From assembly GCA_030265395.1 (NCBI GenBank), contig JARFYF010000007.1:46785333-46849332 (forward strand): a stretch of DNA of 64,000 bases, read 5' to 3'. Source of the DNA: Rhina ancylostomus (Eukaryota). The notes beneath the pieces were generated by a model. It did no database searches and was not told the DNA's origin. It saw only the letters and a list, made by a program, of their open reading frames with translations. Within the stretch, counting starts at the first letter, position 1. Every line of letters starts with the position of its first letter. The position numbers and the translations under genes were made by a program. Below are positions 53,901 to 62,793 of this stretch, one piece after another.

Positions 53901-55467
53901 GAGATGAGGTCAACTTTTTCTCTGATGTCCATCAGAGAAATTACGGTGGAATTACTTGATTCCCATTAAAAAGATGCCGTGGCCTTGGAAGGGTCCTAAA
54001 CTGGAGAAAGATATTTGAAGACATTATGCCTTCAAATTGAAAATAAGAATGACTTTGAAATGTGCTCTAAATCTGTATTAAGTCACTTTGTTCCTGTGAA
54101 ACCTAAATCATTTTCCTAAATCTTAATCAAGGGCAGCACAATGGCATGTCTAGTAGAGCTGCTGCTTCATGGTGCCAGAGATCAGGGTTCAATTCTGATC
54201 TCGGGTGCTATCTGTGTGGAGTTTGCACGTTCTGCCTATGAATGTGTGGATTTCCTCTGGATACTCTAGTTTCCTCCCACATCCCAATGATGTTGCAGGT
54301 TGGTAGGTTAATTGGTCACTGTAAATTGTGTCTGGGGGGAGTTGATGAGAATGTGGGGAGAACNNNNNNNNNNNNNNNNNNNNNNNNNNNNNNNNNNNNN
54401 NNNNNNNNNNNNNNNNNNNNNNNNNNNNNNNNNNNNNNNNNNNNNNNNNNNNNNNNNNNNNNNNNNNNNNNNNNNNNNNNNNNNNNNNNNNNNNNNNNNN
54501 NNNNNNNNNNNNNNNNNNNNNNNNNNNNNNNNNNNNNNNNNNNNNNNNNNNNNNNNNNNNNNNNNNNNNNNNNNNNNNNNNNNNNNNNNNNNNNNNNNNN
54601 NNNNNNNNNNNNNNNNNNNNNNNNNNNNNNNNNNNNNNNNNNNNNNNNNNNNNNNNNNNNNNNNNNNNNNNNNNNNNNNNNNNNNNNNNNNNNNNNNNNN
54701 NNNNNNNNNNNNNNNNNNNNNNNNNNNNNNNNNNNNNNNNNNNNNNNNNNNNNNNNNNNNNNNNNNNNNNNNNNNNNNNNNNNNNNNNNNNNNNNNNNNN
54801 NNNNNNNNNNNNNNNNNNNNNNNNNNNNNNNNNNNNNNNNNNNNNNNNNNNNNNNNNNNNNNNNNNNNNNNNNNNNNNNNNNNNNNNNNNNNNNNNNNNN
54901 NNNNNNNNNNNNNNNNNNNNNNNNNNNNNNNNNNNNNNNNNNNNNNNNNNNNNNNNNNNNNNNNNNNNNNNNNNNNNNNNNNNNNNNNNNNNNNNNNNNN
55001 NNNNNNNNNNNATAATATAATATGCCAAATGTTGAGAAAAATCAAGATGGATTATTGCATAAATGTTATAAATTAGGTTAATATTATTAATTTTGGGTAG
55101 AATTTAGCAACTGGCTATTAAAAAATGGGTGGGTGGAAAACTTGGCCAAAATATTTTTCGTAAACTTGGAAATAACTTGTTTATTGAATTATCTATAGTC
55201 CCTCTGTTTTGTGGTTAATATGGATAAAAAGCAGACTTGTACAATAAAACACTTTTTATTTTTACAGGTGGTACTGCATTAACATTAGACTTCTTTGGGA
55301 ACGAGCTTGATAAAAAAGAAGTCAAACTAATGCTGGCATTGCTCCTCATTATCGGGGCCCTACTATTGGTAATGGTTTTGGTATTTCTCAGTGTTATTAT
55401 TTACCTGTGCAGAAGGAAGTCTTATAAACAAGTAACCCATTCTTCATTTCCCATGAATAGAATTTGA
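2986..55467 (+). CDS. HEPHL1: Hephaestin-like protein 1 (multicopper ferroxidase), spliced 20-exon CDS, ~1144 aa
   Basis: Exons joined by hand with matching phases. Signal peptide, six cupredoxin domains, Cu motifs [24 protein letters not shown] and [13 protein letters not shown]-terminal TM helix and short tail. Segments [35 protein letters not shown] and YKQV resemble HEPHL1 (from recall) more than HEPH or CP. Orthology needs a tree. Confidence 0.9.
4585..5570 (-). mobile_element. Rex1/Babar-type LINE, 3' part
   Basis: [19 protein letters not shown]...LQRVVDTAQ...[18 protein letters not shown]; 3' end with aataaa and a (ccaat)-like tail. Confidence 0.85.
5942..6072 (-). mobile_element. CR1 LINE 3' end
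   Basis: atagaaacatagaa tail and caggccattcggccc stem motif. Confidence 0.65.
6790..7000 (+). mobile_element. Decayed CR1 fragment
   Basis: tacaaggcctggtgagaccatacctggagtatcgtgtgc (LVRP.LEY motif). Confidence 0.65.
7862..8094 (+). mobile_element. V-SINE with CR1-like tail (type B)
   Basis: tRNA head, V-domain, tail ggactcgttgggctggaagggcctgtt...ataaataaa. Confidence 0.9.
12521..12765 (+). CDS. HEPHL1: HEPHL1 exon 2
   Basis: tatag|A acceptor; [22 protein letters not shown]...[15 protein letters not shown]; G|gtaat. Confidence 0.96.
13063..13360. mobile_element. pogo/Tigger-like MITE (~298 bp)
   Basis: TIRs cagtgaagctctaataatcc / ggattattggaggtttactc (16 of 20 match), TA on both flanks. Confidence 0.7.
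15089..15301 (+). CDS. HEPHL1: HEPHL1 exon 3
   Basis: ttgcag|GT; GAFYPD...[29 protein letters not shown]; G|gtacag. Confidence 0.96.
16462..17495 (+). mobile_element. Rex1/Babar-type LINE RT fragment (gapped)
   Basis: [18 protein letters not shown]...[14 protein letters not shown]...[14 protein letters not shown]; ends aataaaacctgattctgatt. Confidence 0.85.
17711..18150 (+). mobile_element. Solo LTR (440 bp), Gypsy/ERV-type
   Basis: TGTTGGAT...ATCCGACA inverted termini, 4-bp TSD TAGC on both sides, several ATTGG boxes, TATAAAAG 17919, AATAAA 18062. Confidence 0.85.
19060..20950 (+). mobile_element. Decayed CR1 LINE interrupted by a SINE and an unknown ~350-bp repeat
   Basis: CR1 ORF2 motifs (ctgataaaccctcaggacccgatg; gattggaaggttacaattgtatccccactttttaagaaagg) and a 3' end near 20930. 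Confidence 0.75.
19381..19806 (-). mobile_element. V-SINE tail type A (spans 100-N gap)
   Basis: Head at 19806, V-domain, tail ...tttcactgcgtg...gtacatgtgactaataaagat. Confidence 0.9.
21293..21472 (+). CDS. HEPHL1: HEPHL1 exon 4
   Basis: ttttacag|GA; [30 protein letters not shown]...FQESNKMH; T|gtgtgt. Confidence 0.95.
22080..22460 (-). mobile_element. Decayed CR1 3' fragment
   Basis: Resembles the reverse complement of the CR1 3' region seen at 27100-27225. Confidence 0.55.
23432..23686 (+). CDS. HEPHL1: HEPHL1 exon 5 (domain 2 type-1 Cu His/Cys/His)
   Basis: cctcag|CT; [12 protein letters not shown]...DVHSAYFHG...[12 protein letters not shown]; G|gtgaga. Confidence 0.96.
25068..25236 (+). 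CDS. HEPHL1: HEPHL1 exon 6 (absent from ORF track)
   Basis: ttccag|CT; [12 protein letters not shown]...[16 protein letters not shown]...DAEG; AG|gtaatt. Confidence 0.95.
25715..27230 (+). mobile_element. Decayed CR1 RT region, interrupted at ~26650-27000
   Basis: [18 protein letters not shown].. and SKFA.D motifs; LVRLHLEY; CR1 3' end. Confidence 0.8.
26865..26908. repeat. (CA)22 microsatellite
   Basis: Perfect dinucleotide run. Confidence 0.95.
27878..28017 (+). CDS. HEPHL1: HEPHL1 exon 7 (absent from ORF track)
   Basis: tttacag|T; [30 protein letters not shown]...HLGIL; G|gtacga. Confidence 0.95.
28105..28236 (+). CDS. HEPHL1: HEPHL1 exon 8
   Basis: Follows an 87-bp intron; [31 protein letters not shown]...NYVD; G|gtaaag. 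Confidence 0.95.
29803..30014 (+). CDS. HEPHL1: HEPHL1 exon 9 (absent from ORF track)
   Basis: ttaag|GT; [21 protein letters not shown]...[11 protein letters not shown]...[10 protein letters not shown]...DGSQ; |gtattt. Confidence 0.94.
30395..31617 (+). mobile_element. CR1 LINE (5'-truncated RT to 3' end)
   Basis: [42 protein letters not shown]; tail ttgggctgaaagacctgtttcc. Confidence 0.92.
35373..35523 (+). CDS. HEPHL1: HEPHL1 exon 10
   Basis: ttgtag|; [21 protein letters not shown]...FQESNKMH; G|gtgcgt. Confidence 0.95.
36782..36994 (+). CDS. HEPHL1: HEPHL1 exon 11
   Basis: ttctag|CT; [15 protein letters not shown]...[11 protein letters not shown]...FMQPDDV; G|gtaaga. Confidence 0.96.
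38020..38227 (+). CDS. HEPHL1: HEPHL1 exon 12 (5' ~40 nt hidden in N gap 38014-38059; start inferred)
   Basis: Visible from 38060: [12 protein letters not shown]...[24 protein letters not shown]; AG|gtgaat. A T-rich acceptor tract precedes the gap. Confidence 0.88.
38440..39480 (+). mobile_element. Highly decayed L2-like LINE with a Penelope fragment (~38855-38945)
   Basis: ctctgtagcctttgacatgtcaacc resembles the LSAAFDTVDH motif; gatgctgctcgacgcgctgagttcctc matches the Penelope repeat. Confidence 0.45.
39676..39913 (-). mobile_element. V-SINE with CR1-like tail (type B)
   Basis: Well-preserved head with retained CpGs, V-domain, tail ggactcattgggccagaagggcctgtt. Confidence 0.9.
40470..40720 (+). 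mobile_element. Decayed CR1 fragment
   Basis: tgtgtccaattctgggccccacac (CVQFWAPH motif). Confidence 0.55.
41405..41720 (-). mobile_element. Rex1/Babar LINE 3' end (gapped)
   Basis: Closely matches 4590-4900 (ttggtttattattgtcacatgtacc...acagtgaaaaacttgtcttgcat; ctgtccttgagcctg). Confidence 0.8.
42746..42990 (-). mobile_element. V-SINE tail type A (internal deletions)
   Basis: Same head and tail as 19381-19806. Confidence 0.85.
43890..44540 (-). mobile_element. Decayed Penelope-like element
   Basis: atgttggaagcactcagc terminal motif; ctgaagttgttgaatt...gcagtgtctgcagatgaaagatg resembles the reverse complement of the region after the Penelope endonuclease (62910-62990). Confidence 0.5.
44768..44907 (+). 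CDS. HEPHL1: HEPHL1 exon 13 (absent from ORF track)
   Basis: tttcag|T; [30 protein letters not shown]...HLEIL; G|gtattg. Confidence 0.95.
46237..46377 (+). CDS. HEPHL1: HEPHL1 exon 14 (absent from ORF track)
   Basis: ccttag|GT; [32 protein letters not shown]...VPVTMP; G|gtgagt. Confidence 0.95.
47469..47575 (+). CDS. HEPHL1: HEPHL1 exon 15 (absent from ORF track)
   Basis: ttttag|GT; [35 protein letters not shown]; |gtaaca. Confidence 0.95.
48614..48836 (+). CDS. HEPHL1: HEPHL1 exon 16
   Basis: tttcag|; [16 protein letters not shown]...[16 protein letters not shown]...ESNKIH; G|gtatgt. Confidence 0.96.
48918..49057 (+). CDS. HEPHL1: HEPHL1 exon 17
   Basis: Follows an 81-bp intron; [13 protein letters not shown]...[19 protein letters not shown]; |gtaagc. 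Confidence 0.96.
50007..50290 (-). mobile_element. V-SINE tail type A
   Basis: Head, V-domain and type A tail. Confidence 0.9.
50789..50951 (+). CDS. HEPHL1: HEPHL1 exon 18 (HCH motif, domain 6)
   Basis: ttatag|; [19 protein letters not shown]...[27 protein letters not shown]; G|gtaaac. Confidence 0.97.
51890..52545 (-). mobile_element. Decayed CR1 3' region
   Basis: ctatgggtgaagaaatttctc, cttctaaactctaaag and related reverse-complement CR1 motifs. Confidence 0.75.
52824..52874 (+). CDS. HEPHL1: HEPHL1 exon 19 (51-bp linker mini-exon)
   Basis: ttttcatag|AT; open frame [17 protein letters not shown]; G|gtgtgt. Phase 1-1 fits between exons 18 and 20. Poorly conserved linker, so less certain. 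Confidence 0.7.
53156..53438 (-). mobile_element. V-SINE tail type A
   Basis: Head, V-domain, tail ending in (tatct)n. Confidence 0.9.
54132..54363 (+). mobile_element. Older V-SINE subfamily, runs into a gap
   Basis: ggcagcacaatggc...gggttcaattctg...ggagtttgcacgttct...tttcctcccacatccc. Confidence 0.8.
55268..55467 (+). CDS. HEPHL1: HEPHL1 terminal exon 20 (TM helix and cytoplasmic tail)
   Basis: tttacag|GT; [65 protein letters not shown]. Confidence 0.92.
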
Positions 55468-55799
55468 TTTGTTGCTGTAGTTGCTGCTGTGTTCAAAAAA
55501 GTTATTTTTTAATTCTGTTGATACAAATGAATGTACATTTATGCAATCTGATAAAGTCTTCCATGATTAAGATTTATTTGACTCAATCCAATAATTACAG
55601 TCAGACTTCTGAATTTGCGATAACATCCCAGAATATAATCATATTCAACCTAATTGAAATTCCAGGATGTAATTCTGTAAATGAGTGTTATGTGAGAAGC
55701 CTCTTTTCAAAGTAAACTCACTAGGCTCTATTTTAAACCTCCAACCACCCCATACTCTAAATCACCTCTCAACCATGAAGTCACAGAGTAAGCTCCTGA

Positions 55800-55805
55800 A
55801 ATAAA
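55800..55805 (+). terminator. Candidate HEPHL1 polyadenylation signal
   Basis: First AATAAA after the stop (~330 nt downstream), followed by a T-rich tract. Confidence 0.5.
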
Positions 55806-56604
55806 CTTTGGACCTTTTATAATTCTGATCTTTCTTTTGCACACCCCATTCCTCCAAGCATAATGTTGTTTGCAACCCACCCCAATGCTGGGCCTGGCAC
55901 TTACTTTGTCCACTAACCTTGATGCCATGCCTGATGCTTAGGGTATGAGACAGATGTGGAATATTACAGTCAGGCCCACTGGTTAAAATTGCAGGACCCC
56001 ATCTCTTAGTGTTTGGCAAGCACTATCCCATTGATTCAGTTTAGGACCTTCACTGTAGGTTTGCTATTTGTCCTTGTAATTCCCCATTAATCCCAAACAC
56101 TTTTGAGGCTTGGAGTATTTTGAATCCCAGGATTGATCTAAATCATTCAGATCTGATTCTCACCCCAGAGCATCAGGAGAAGGTGTCTAGAGAATTGATG
56201 GAGGAGTAGGAATCATGGCAGAAACCAAGGAAATGGCCTCCAACAAAGAATTCATGCCAGAGTTGGCCATCTGTTGACTGCAGCTGGGAGAATTGCGGGG
56301 GGGGGGGGCCGTGGGGTGGAAGCTCCTCCTTAGGCTTAATTTACACTCGACAAAGTACATCTTTGCTTACTAACCTTTTCAACATGTTTTTAAAGAATGG
56401 GGCATGTGGAAGGGTTGACATAGATTGCCAGCACCTCCTCCCTTGGGAACTACCTATGTATCTGTAAGGCATTGTAGAGTGCAGCAGTGGCACTGGTGTA
56501 AGGCCACAGTGACAACTTGTACTTCACTCCATGTGCTAGTGACTGCCTCTATACTACCACTCAGTGTTGTCCATAGAGCACTCGACAGAAATGGTGACAT
56601 CCCT

Positions 56605-56682
56605 TTCTTCTTCTTTTTTCAATCTTTTTATTAATTTTCAAATTAATACAGATTAATACAGTTTAATACATATATCATCAGT

Positions 56683-56727
<45 letters not shown>

Positions 56728-56997
56728 ACAAAGAGATCGGGAGGACAATCATGACATATATAATCATAAAAAATATATTTTAGGCCCCACGGTCTTTTAG
56801 TAAGCAAATATATTACCAAAAAAAAAATCAAAAAGGGAAAAAAAGATTTATCGTATAAAAACAAAGAACTCCCAAATCAAAATAAAATTATAAGTAATAA
56901 TCGAAACAAGCTAAAAAAAATTTCAGAAGAAAAAAAACTGGACTGATATTTCTCAATAAACAAAGAACATTATTATGTTGTCAACTCCACTCCTCTA
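56605..56997 (-). mobile_element. L1-like 3' UTR insertion (393 bp) with 11-bp TSD
   Basis: TSD gtgacatccct at 56594-56604 and 56998-57008; A-rich tail on the minus strand; internal (AT)17 at 56691-56724. Confidence 0.75.
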
Positions 56998-57179
56998 GTG
57001 ACATCCCTGTTGGGCACCTCTTACTCTCTCCAACCGGAGTTGGCATGTGTAGATTTTTCCTGCCACTGGTTAGTGATGTACTGGCCACTGGGGGTTGGTG
57101 GAAAAGCAGCACTAAAGCAAGCAGGCATAGACCAAGGCAGAGTGCATTAACTGTTGGCCGAAGATGAGGGAGATCATAA

Positions 57180-57592
57180 GAATGTGATGCCATCAGCCAA
57201 CACATCTCCCCCTCCCCTTTCTACATTCCGAAGGAATCATTTCCTCCACAACTCCCAAGTTTGCTATTTCATTCCCACAAACACCACCTCCCCTTTTCAC
57301 AGCACCTTTCCCTGCAGATGCAGGAGATGGAAAAACAATGGCCTCTCCCTGCGCAACATGTGGGGATTCAAAACACTCCTTCCAGATGAAGCAGCAATTT
57401 TGTGTACTGCATTCTGTGCTTGTGTTGTGGTCTCCTCTACATGGGATGATCACTTTACAGAATACCTCCATTTAGACCACAAGGGTGACCCTGATCTTCA
57501 TGTTGCCTATCATTTTAATTCTCCAGCCCACTCTTACTCTGGCCTCTGTGTTTGACTTCTTGCCCTGTTCCAATAAAGCCTAAAGTAAGCTT
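57180..57592 (+). mobile_element. Penelope-like element GIY-YIG endonuclease relic
   Basis: PPPLSTFRR...STFPCRCRR...DHFTEYL...LHVAYHFNSPAHSYSGL; continues at 62794-63135. Confidence 0.75.
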
Positions 57593-57951
57593 TTTTTTCA
57601 ATCTTTTTCATTAGTTTTCAAATCAATACAGATTAATATATAGCATCAATGTTTGTACATGTATTACAAAGAGATCAGGTTAACAATCATGGCATAGATA
57701 ATCATACAGAACAATAAAATATAAAAAATTCTGTAGATCCAATGATCTCTTAGTTAATGAATATAATATAAAAGAAAGGAAAGAAAAGGATTTATTATAT
57801 AAATTAAAAGAAAAAACAAATCAATAAGAAAAATTATAAACAATATAAAATAAACAGAAAATTTTCAAAAAGAAAACAAACAAAAAAAAGACTGGGCTAA
57901 AATTTCTCAGTAGAACAGAGCAATATTATGTCATCAACTCCGTTCCTCTAA
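57593..57951 (-). mobile_element. L1-like 3' end (poly-A side), runs into gap
   Basis: Homologous to 56605-56997 (tttttcaatctttt..ttttcaaat..; tcaactcc.ttcctcta). Confidence 0.7.
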
Positions 57952-58139
57952 NNNNNNNNNNNNNNNNNNNNNNNNNNNNNNNNNNNNNNNNNNNNNNNNN
58001 NNNNNNNNNNNNNNNNNNNNNNNNNNNNNNNNNNNNNNNNNNNNNNNNNNNATGTAGGCTGCCAGTAAAGCAATTTTATCAGTTCTCCACCACCCACCCA
58101 CCCACACCCCCACCAAGAGCCCTGCAAATTATTCTTTCT

Positions 58140-59165
58140 CAAGTGCCTGTCAAATTCCCTTTGGAAGGTACTTATTGATTGTTCCTACTACTCCAATGAA
58201 CACTGAATTCCAGATCATAACATTGCTGCTAAATTTTTTTCCTCACAACCCCTTTCTACCCTTTGCCTTCTGGTTCTTAAATTATTTGCTAACAGAAACA
58301 GCTGCCCTCTATTTACCACATCTAAACCAATCATGATCTGTCAAATTACCCCTTTTTGCTCCAGAGAGCATAATCTGAGTTCTCCAGTCCAAACTTGTGG
58401 CTGAAAACATCAAAGTAAATCTATCGGCACTCTTTTCAGGATTTTCCCATCCTTCCTACAGTTAGTTGACCAGAATGGGGCGCAATACTCCAACTGCGGC
58501 CTTAGCAGTGTTTTATACAGCTTCAACATAATGCCTTTGCTTTTGTACTATATGTCCCATATACTTGATTAATCATTTACTCAACATGCCACTCATTAGG
58601 ATTTATGTGTATAGAAACACAGATCCATCTGTTCCAGGTCACCCTTTAGGACTGTACATTTAAACTTTATTACTCCACTTTTTTCTTGTTGCCAAAATAT
58701 ATCAATTCACACTTTTTGTATTAAATTTCGTCTGTCACTTGTCTGCTATTCAGCCAACGTACCCACGTTTTCTTCCAGTCCATTACTATTCACTCTAAAA
58801 TGTATCAACTCACAAGCTTTGTGTTGCCTCTAAATTTGGTCTTTTTAACCTTGTACACCCACATCCAAGTCAGACAGGTCAATAAGAAGGCACATGGGAT
58901 GCTTTCCTTCATTAGCCAAGAGCAGGGAAGTCATGCTAGAACTGTGTTCAACACAAGTTAACAGCCAAAGTACTGCCAAACTTCTGGTCACAGGAAAGAT
59001 ACAATTGGACTGGAAAGGATAGAAAAGAGATTTACAAAGATCTTTGCAGGCCTGGAAAATTCTCACCATGAGGAATGATTGATTAGGCTGTGGCTTTTTC
59101 TTTGGAACAGAGGGATTTGCAGGAATCTTAAATTGAGGTTATAGAATTATGAGGAACCTAGATGG
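58140..59165. mobile_element. Two decayed CR1 fragments in opposite orientation (junction ~58850)
   Basis: Minus-strand CR1 motifs at 58140-58850; plus-strand ggcacatgggatgctttccttcattagcc...aagagatttacaa at 58850-59165. Confidence 0.6.
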
Positions 59166-59179
59166 CAATGTGGAAACCG

Positions 59180-59700
59180 AAAACAGACTGGGTGGTTGGT
59201 TTGTGGAACACTCCCGCTTAGTCTACAAAGGTGACCCTGAGCTTCTGATTCCCCATCACTTTAATTGTCCATCCAACTCTGACTCTTCCCTCTCTTTCTT
59301 TGCCCTTCATTGTTTCAATAAAGGTTAACCTAAGCTCAAATAAAAGCACCTATCAGTCGTCCAGATATAACACCATGTTTGGTAACTTCAGACACTTGCT
59401 AGAGACCAGTCTTCAGTATTTTTTGTCCTGTTGCCATATTTTTTTGGTTTCCACCATCATCCCTTTGTTGTTTAATCTCTCCCGTCTTCCACCCAATCAC
59501 AGATCTATCCTTTCATTTCTTTCTCTCCACCCAACCCCAAGCTTTTCCCTGCCACTTGAAACACGTTGTATCTATTACTTTATCCAGTTCTGAAGAAAGA
59601 ACATTGGGATGAAGTGTCATTTGTATTTCCTTCTCCAGAGATGCTGCCTGACCACTGATTATTTGCATAATTCTTTGTTTTTAAATTCAAATTTCCTGCA
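59180..59700 (+). mobile_element. Older Penelope-like relic
   Basis: ggtgaccctgagcttc...cactttaatt; ends gttctgaagaaag...gagatgctgcctgacc. Confidence 0.6.
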
Positions 59701-61189
59701 TCACAATATTTTAACACAAATATATATTTTACTTGGCATCACCACAGAGATAAAACTAAATTTCAACATCGCCTATCGCTTTTCTGACATAATACTCATA
59801 GAAAATGAAATTCCAAAGTGTTTGAATCATCTGTCAGATGAAACACATAAAACAATAACTTTAAAAGACTTATTATATGTGTCAAAAATACTGACCTATA
59901 TATCATGAGACTTTCACTGTACAATGCGAAAATGCAAGAGATGTCATGATATGAATGAATGCAACAAGGCACTGGCAAAGAATGATGCACACTCACAGTT
60001 AAAATTTTTGCAAGACAAGTATATATGAGAACCACAATTGGATGTATACTCAATAAAATTAAGAAATATTATTAAATGGAAAGATTTTGTTTCCCAGCAA
60101 AAGCAAAGCTAGCCATACAGTTAAACTAATCCCATGCAGCCTCAAAATTTAGCACAAAAGTAGTAAGAAGCTGTTAGTAATTAGAGTATACATTTCCTCT
60201 GGTGGTTGTTAGAAAAACTCTGGAGCCAAATTATGCAGTGCAAGACATCCATTAAATAAATTTGGGTGATAGTATTACAGACCGACAATGGCACCAAATC
60301 TCACATATGCTGTCCTAATTACCTGCTTCCCATGTACCAGCAGTGAGGTAATATTTGGGGCTATAGAGGCAGCAATCATCTCTAAAAATGCAGCACTGTA
60401 ACGTACAGCCAACCTAAATATATTGCACAATTATTATACAAGGACATGGGTATTGGAGAAAAATGCTACCAGATCTATAAACATATTACTATGTAAAGAT
60501 TACATTTATAAATTTCTACCTATTTCAGTTTAGCAACTATTACGTTCTGTCATATACAATAAAGTAGTAATCGTAAAGAGGACAATAAATCACAAAGTAC
60601 TGCTAAACACATTAGCAATTACAAATAAACATTAACAACTCTCTTTTGTGTTACACTGGAGGGACCCCTCAATTTCATCAAAGTTGATCCAGGAGCAGTT
60701 AATACCCCAAACAATACATGGGATTTTAATTAACAACAGAAAGATCATTGAGGTCCTTGTTAATAAAATCATGACTTTAGTGTAGAATCTTAAACTGTTA
60801 TAGCAGTAACTTGTGGTGGCCAATCCATTAATCATTATCTAAACATCAGAAGTTTTAAATAAAACAAGTTAAATACAATATAAAAAACAAAAGGTAGCTG
60901 AAATTCAAACATTTTAAAAAGCAACAGCAGTTCAAGGATTCATTGAAAGCAGTAGGAAAGAAGTAATTGAGCAATGGTAATAGTATAAATTAAAACTTCT
61001 GATGATAAAAGGATATGTCATAGGAAGGAGATCAATGAGTAGAGAGATTAGTGCATGTGATAATTATTGAAGAATTTGTAGAAATGAAAACCGACAAATA
61101 CCAAAACCATGAGAGAAGGAAAGAATGAATTAATCTTTGTTTTAAAATCCTCACATGATTTTGAGGTAATACAGTAAAACAGAGATAAT

Positions 61190-61695
61190 ATAAAGTATAA
61201 GACAGGAAACAGGGATAATCCTGGAAATTATAGACAGGTGAGTCTCATGTTAATGATAGGGAAGATATTGGAGGGGATTCTTAGGGATAGGATTTATGAG
61301 CATTTGTAAAACCATGGCCTAATTAGAGACAGTCAGCATGGCTTTGTGCGGGGCAGGTCACATCTTACTAATGATTAAATTTTGACAAGGTGACGAAGGT
61401 GATTAATGAAGGTGTTATCTACATGGATTTTAGTAAGGCACTTGACAAAGTCCTTCATGGTCGGCTCATCTAGCAGATTAAGGTGCATGGGATCCACAGT
61501 GACTTGGCTGTTTGGATTCAGCATTGGCTTGCCCAGAGAAGACAGAGGGTAGTGGTCGATGGGTCTTATTCTGTGATTAGTGGTGTTCTGCAGGGATCTG
61601 TACTGGGATCTCTGCTGTTTGTGATCTATATACATGACTTGGATGAAAATGTGGATGGGTGGGTTTGTAAGTTTGCATATGACATAAAGGTTGGT
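61190..61695 (+). mobile_element. CR1 RT fragment
   Basis: [44 protein letters not shown]. Confidence 0.88.
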
Positions 61696-62793
61696 TGTAA
61701 TAAATATAAAAATTTTGGTAAAATATTCATCTTAACTGCATTAATTCAGCGTACCAATGATAAAGACAGAGGGGACCATTTAGTAAATAATTGTTTAACA
61801 TGGTCAATTAAAGGCAATAGATTAGCTTTAAATAAGTCCTTATGTTTCTTGGTAATTTTAACACCCAAATACATAAAATTGTCAGTTACCAATCTAAAAG
61901 GTAATTTCCTATAAATTGGGGTTTGCATATTTGATGGAAAAAGTTTGCTCCTATTAAGATTTAGTCTATAGCCAGAAAAATCAGTCAATTGATCTAGTAG
62001 TGATAGTACTGTGGGGATAGATTCGTCCAGATTAGAAATATAAAGTAACAGGTCATCTGCGTAGAGACATGTCTTATGAGTCTTCTGTCCGTGAGTAATA
62101 CCACATACATTTGAAGAGTCCTGGAGTGCAATGGCCAAGGGTTCTAAAACAATATCAAATAATAAAGGGCTTATTGGGCAAACTTGTCTGGTACTTTGAA
62201 AAAGCCTAAATAAAGGAGATCTGTGATTGTTAGTAAGTATTGAAGCCATAGGTGTATAATAAATCATTTTAATCATAGATATGAATTTAGGAGGAAAATT
62301 AAATTTTCAAAGTGTAGTAAAAAGATATTCCCATTCGACTCTGTCAAACGCCTTTTCAGCATCTAGTGAAACAACACATTCTGGAATTTGGGATGAAGGG
62401 GTATATATAATATTCATTAATCTCCTACTATTAAAATGTAAATAAATCCTGTCTGGTCTTCAGAGATAATTTGTGGGAGAACCTTTTCCAGTCTAAAGGC
62501 CAATATCTTGGAAAGTATTTTTGAATCTACATTTAATAAAGAAATTGTGCATCTTATAGGCCTATCAGTGGGATCTTTATCCTTTTTAAGAATTAAAGAA
62601 ATAGTTGCTTCATAGAATGATTGTGGTAGTTTGCCCACTGATAGGGCATCTTTAAAAATGTTGGCTAACCAGGGAACAAGGATATCAGAAAAAGATTTTA
62701 AAAATTCAGCTGTAAATCCATCAGGGCCAGGTGCTTTACCTGAGTTCACTGAAAATATTACTTTCTTTATTTCTTCCTCCGAAATGGGAGCAT
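61696..62793 (-). mobile_element. L1 ORF2 reverse transcriptase fragment (frameshifted)
   Basis: LDAPISEEEI..GKAPGPDGF..ISLLNVDSKILSKILA..QTGFI; SLDAEKAFDRVEW; RQVCPISPLLF; LYADDLLLY; YLGV; INAVKMNILPKFLYL. Confidence 0.92.

Noticed and set aside
54189-55076. Long ORFs (245-279 aa) in the track
   Set aside because: They consist almost entirely of Ns; the same applies to the ORFs at ~16738-17407 and ~41324-41780.
59700-61190. 3' UTR of a neighbouring convergent gene
   Set aside because: AT-rich unique DNA, but no coding exon or clear minus-strand poly(A) signal supports it.
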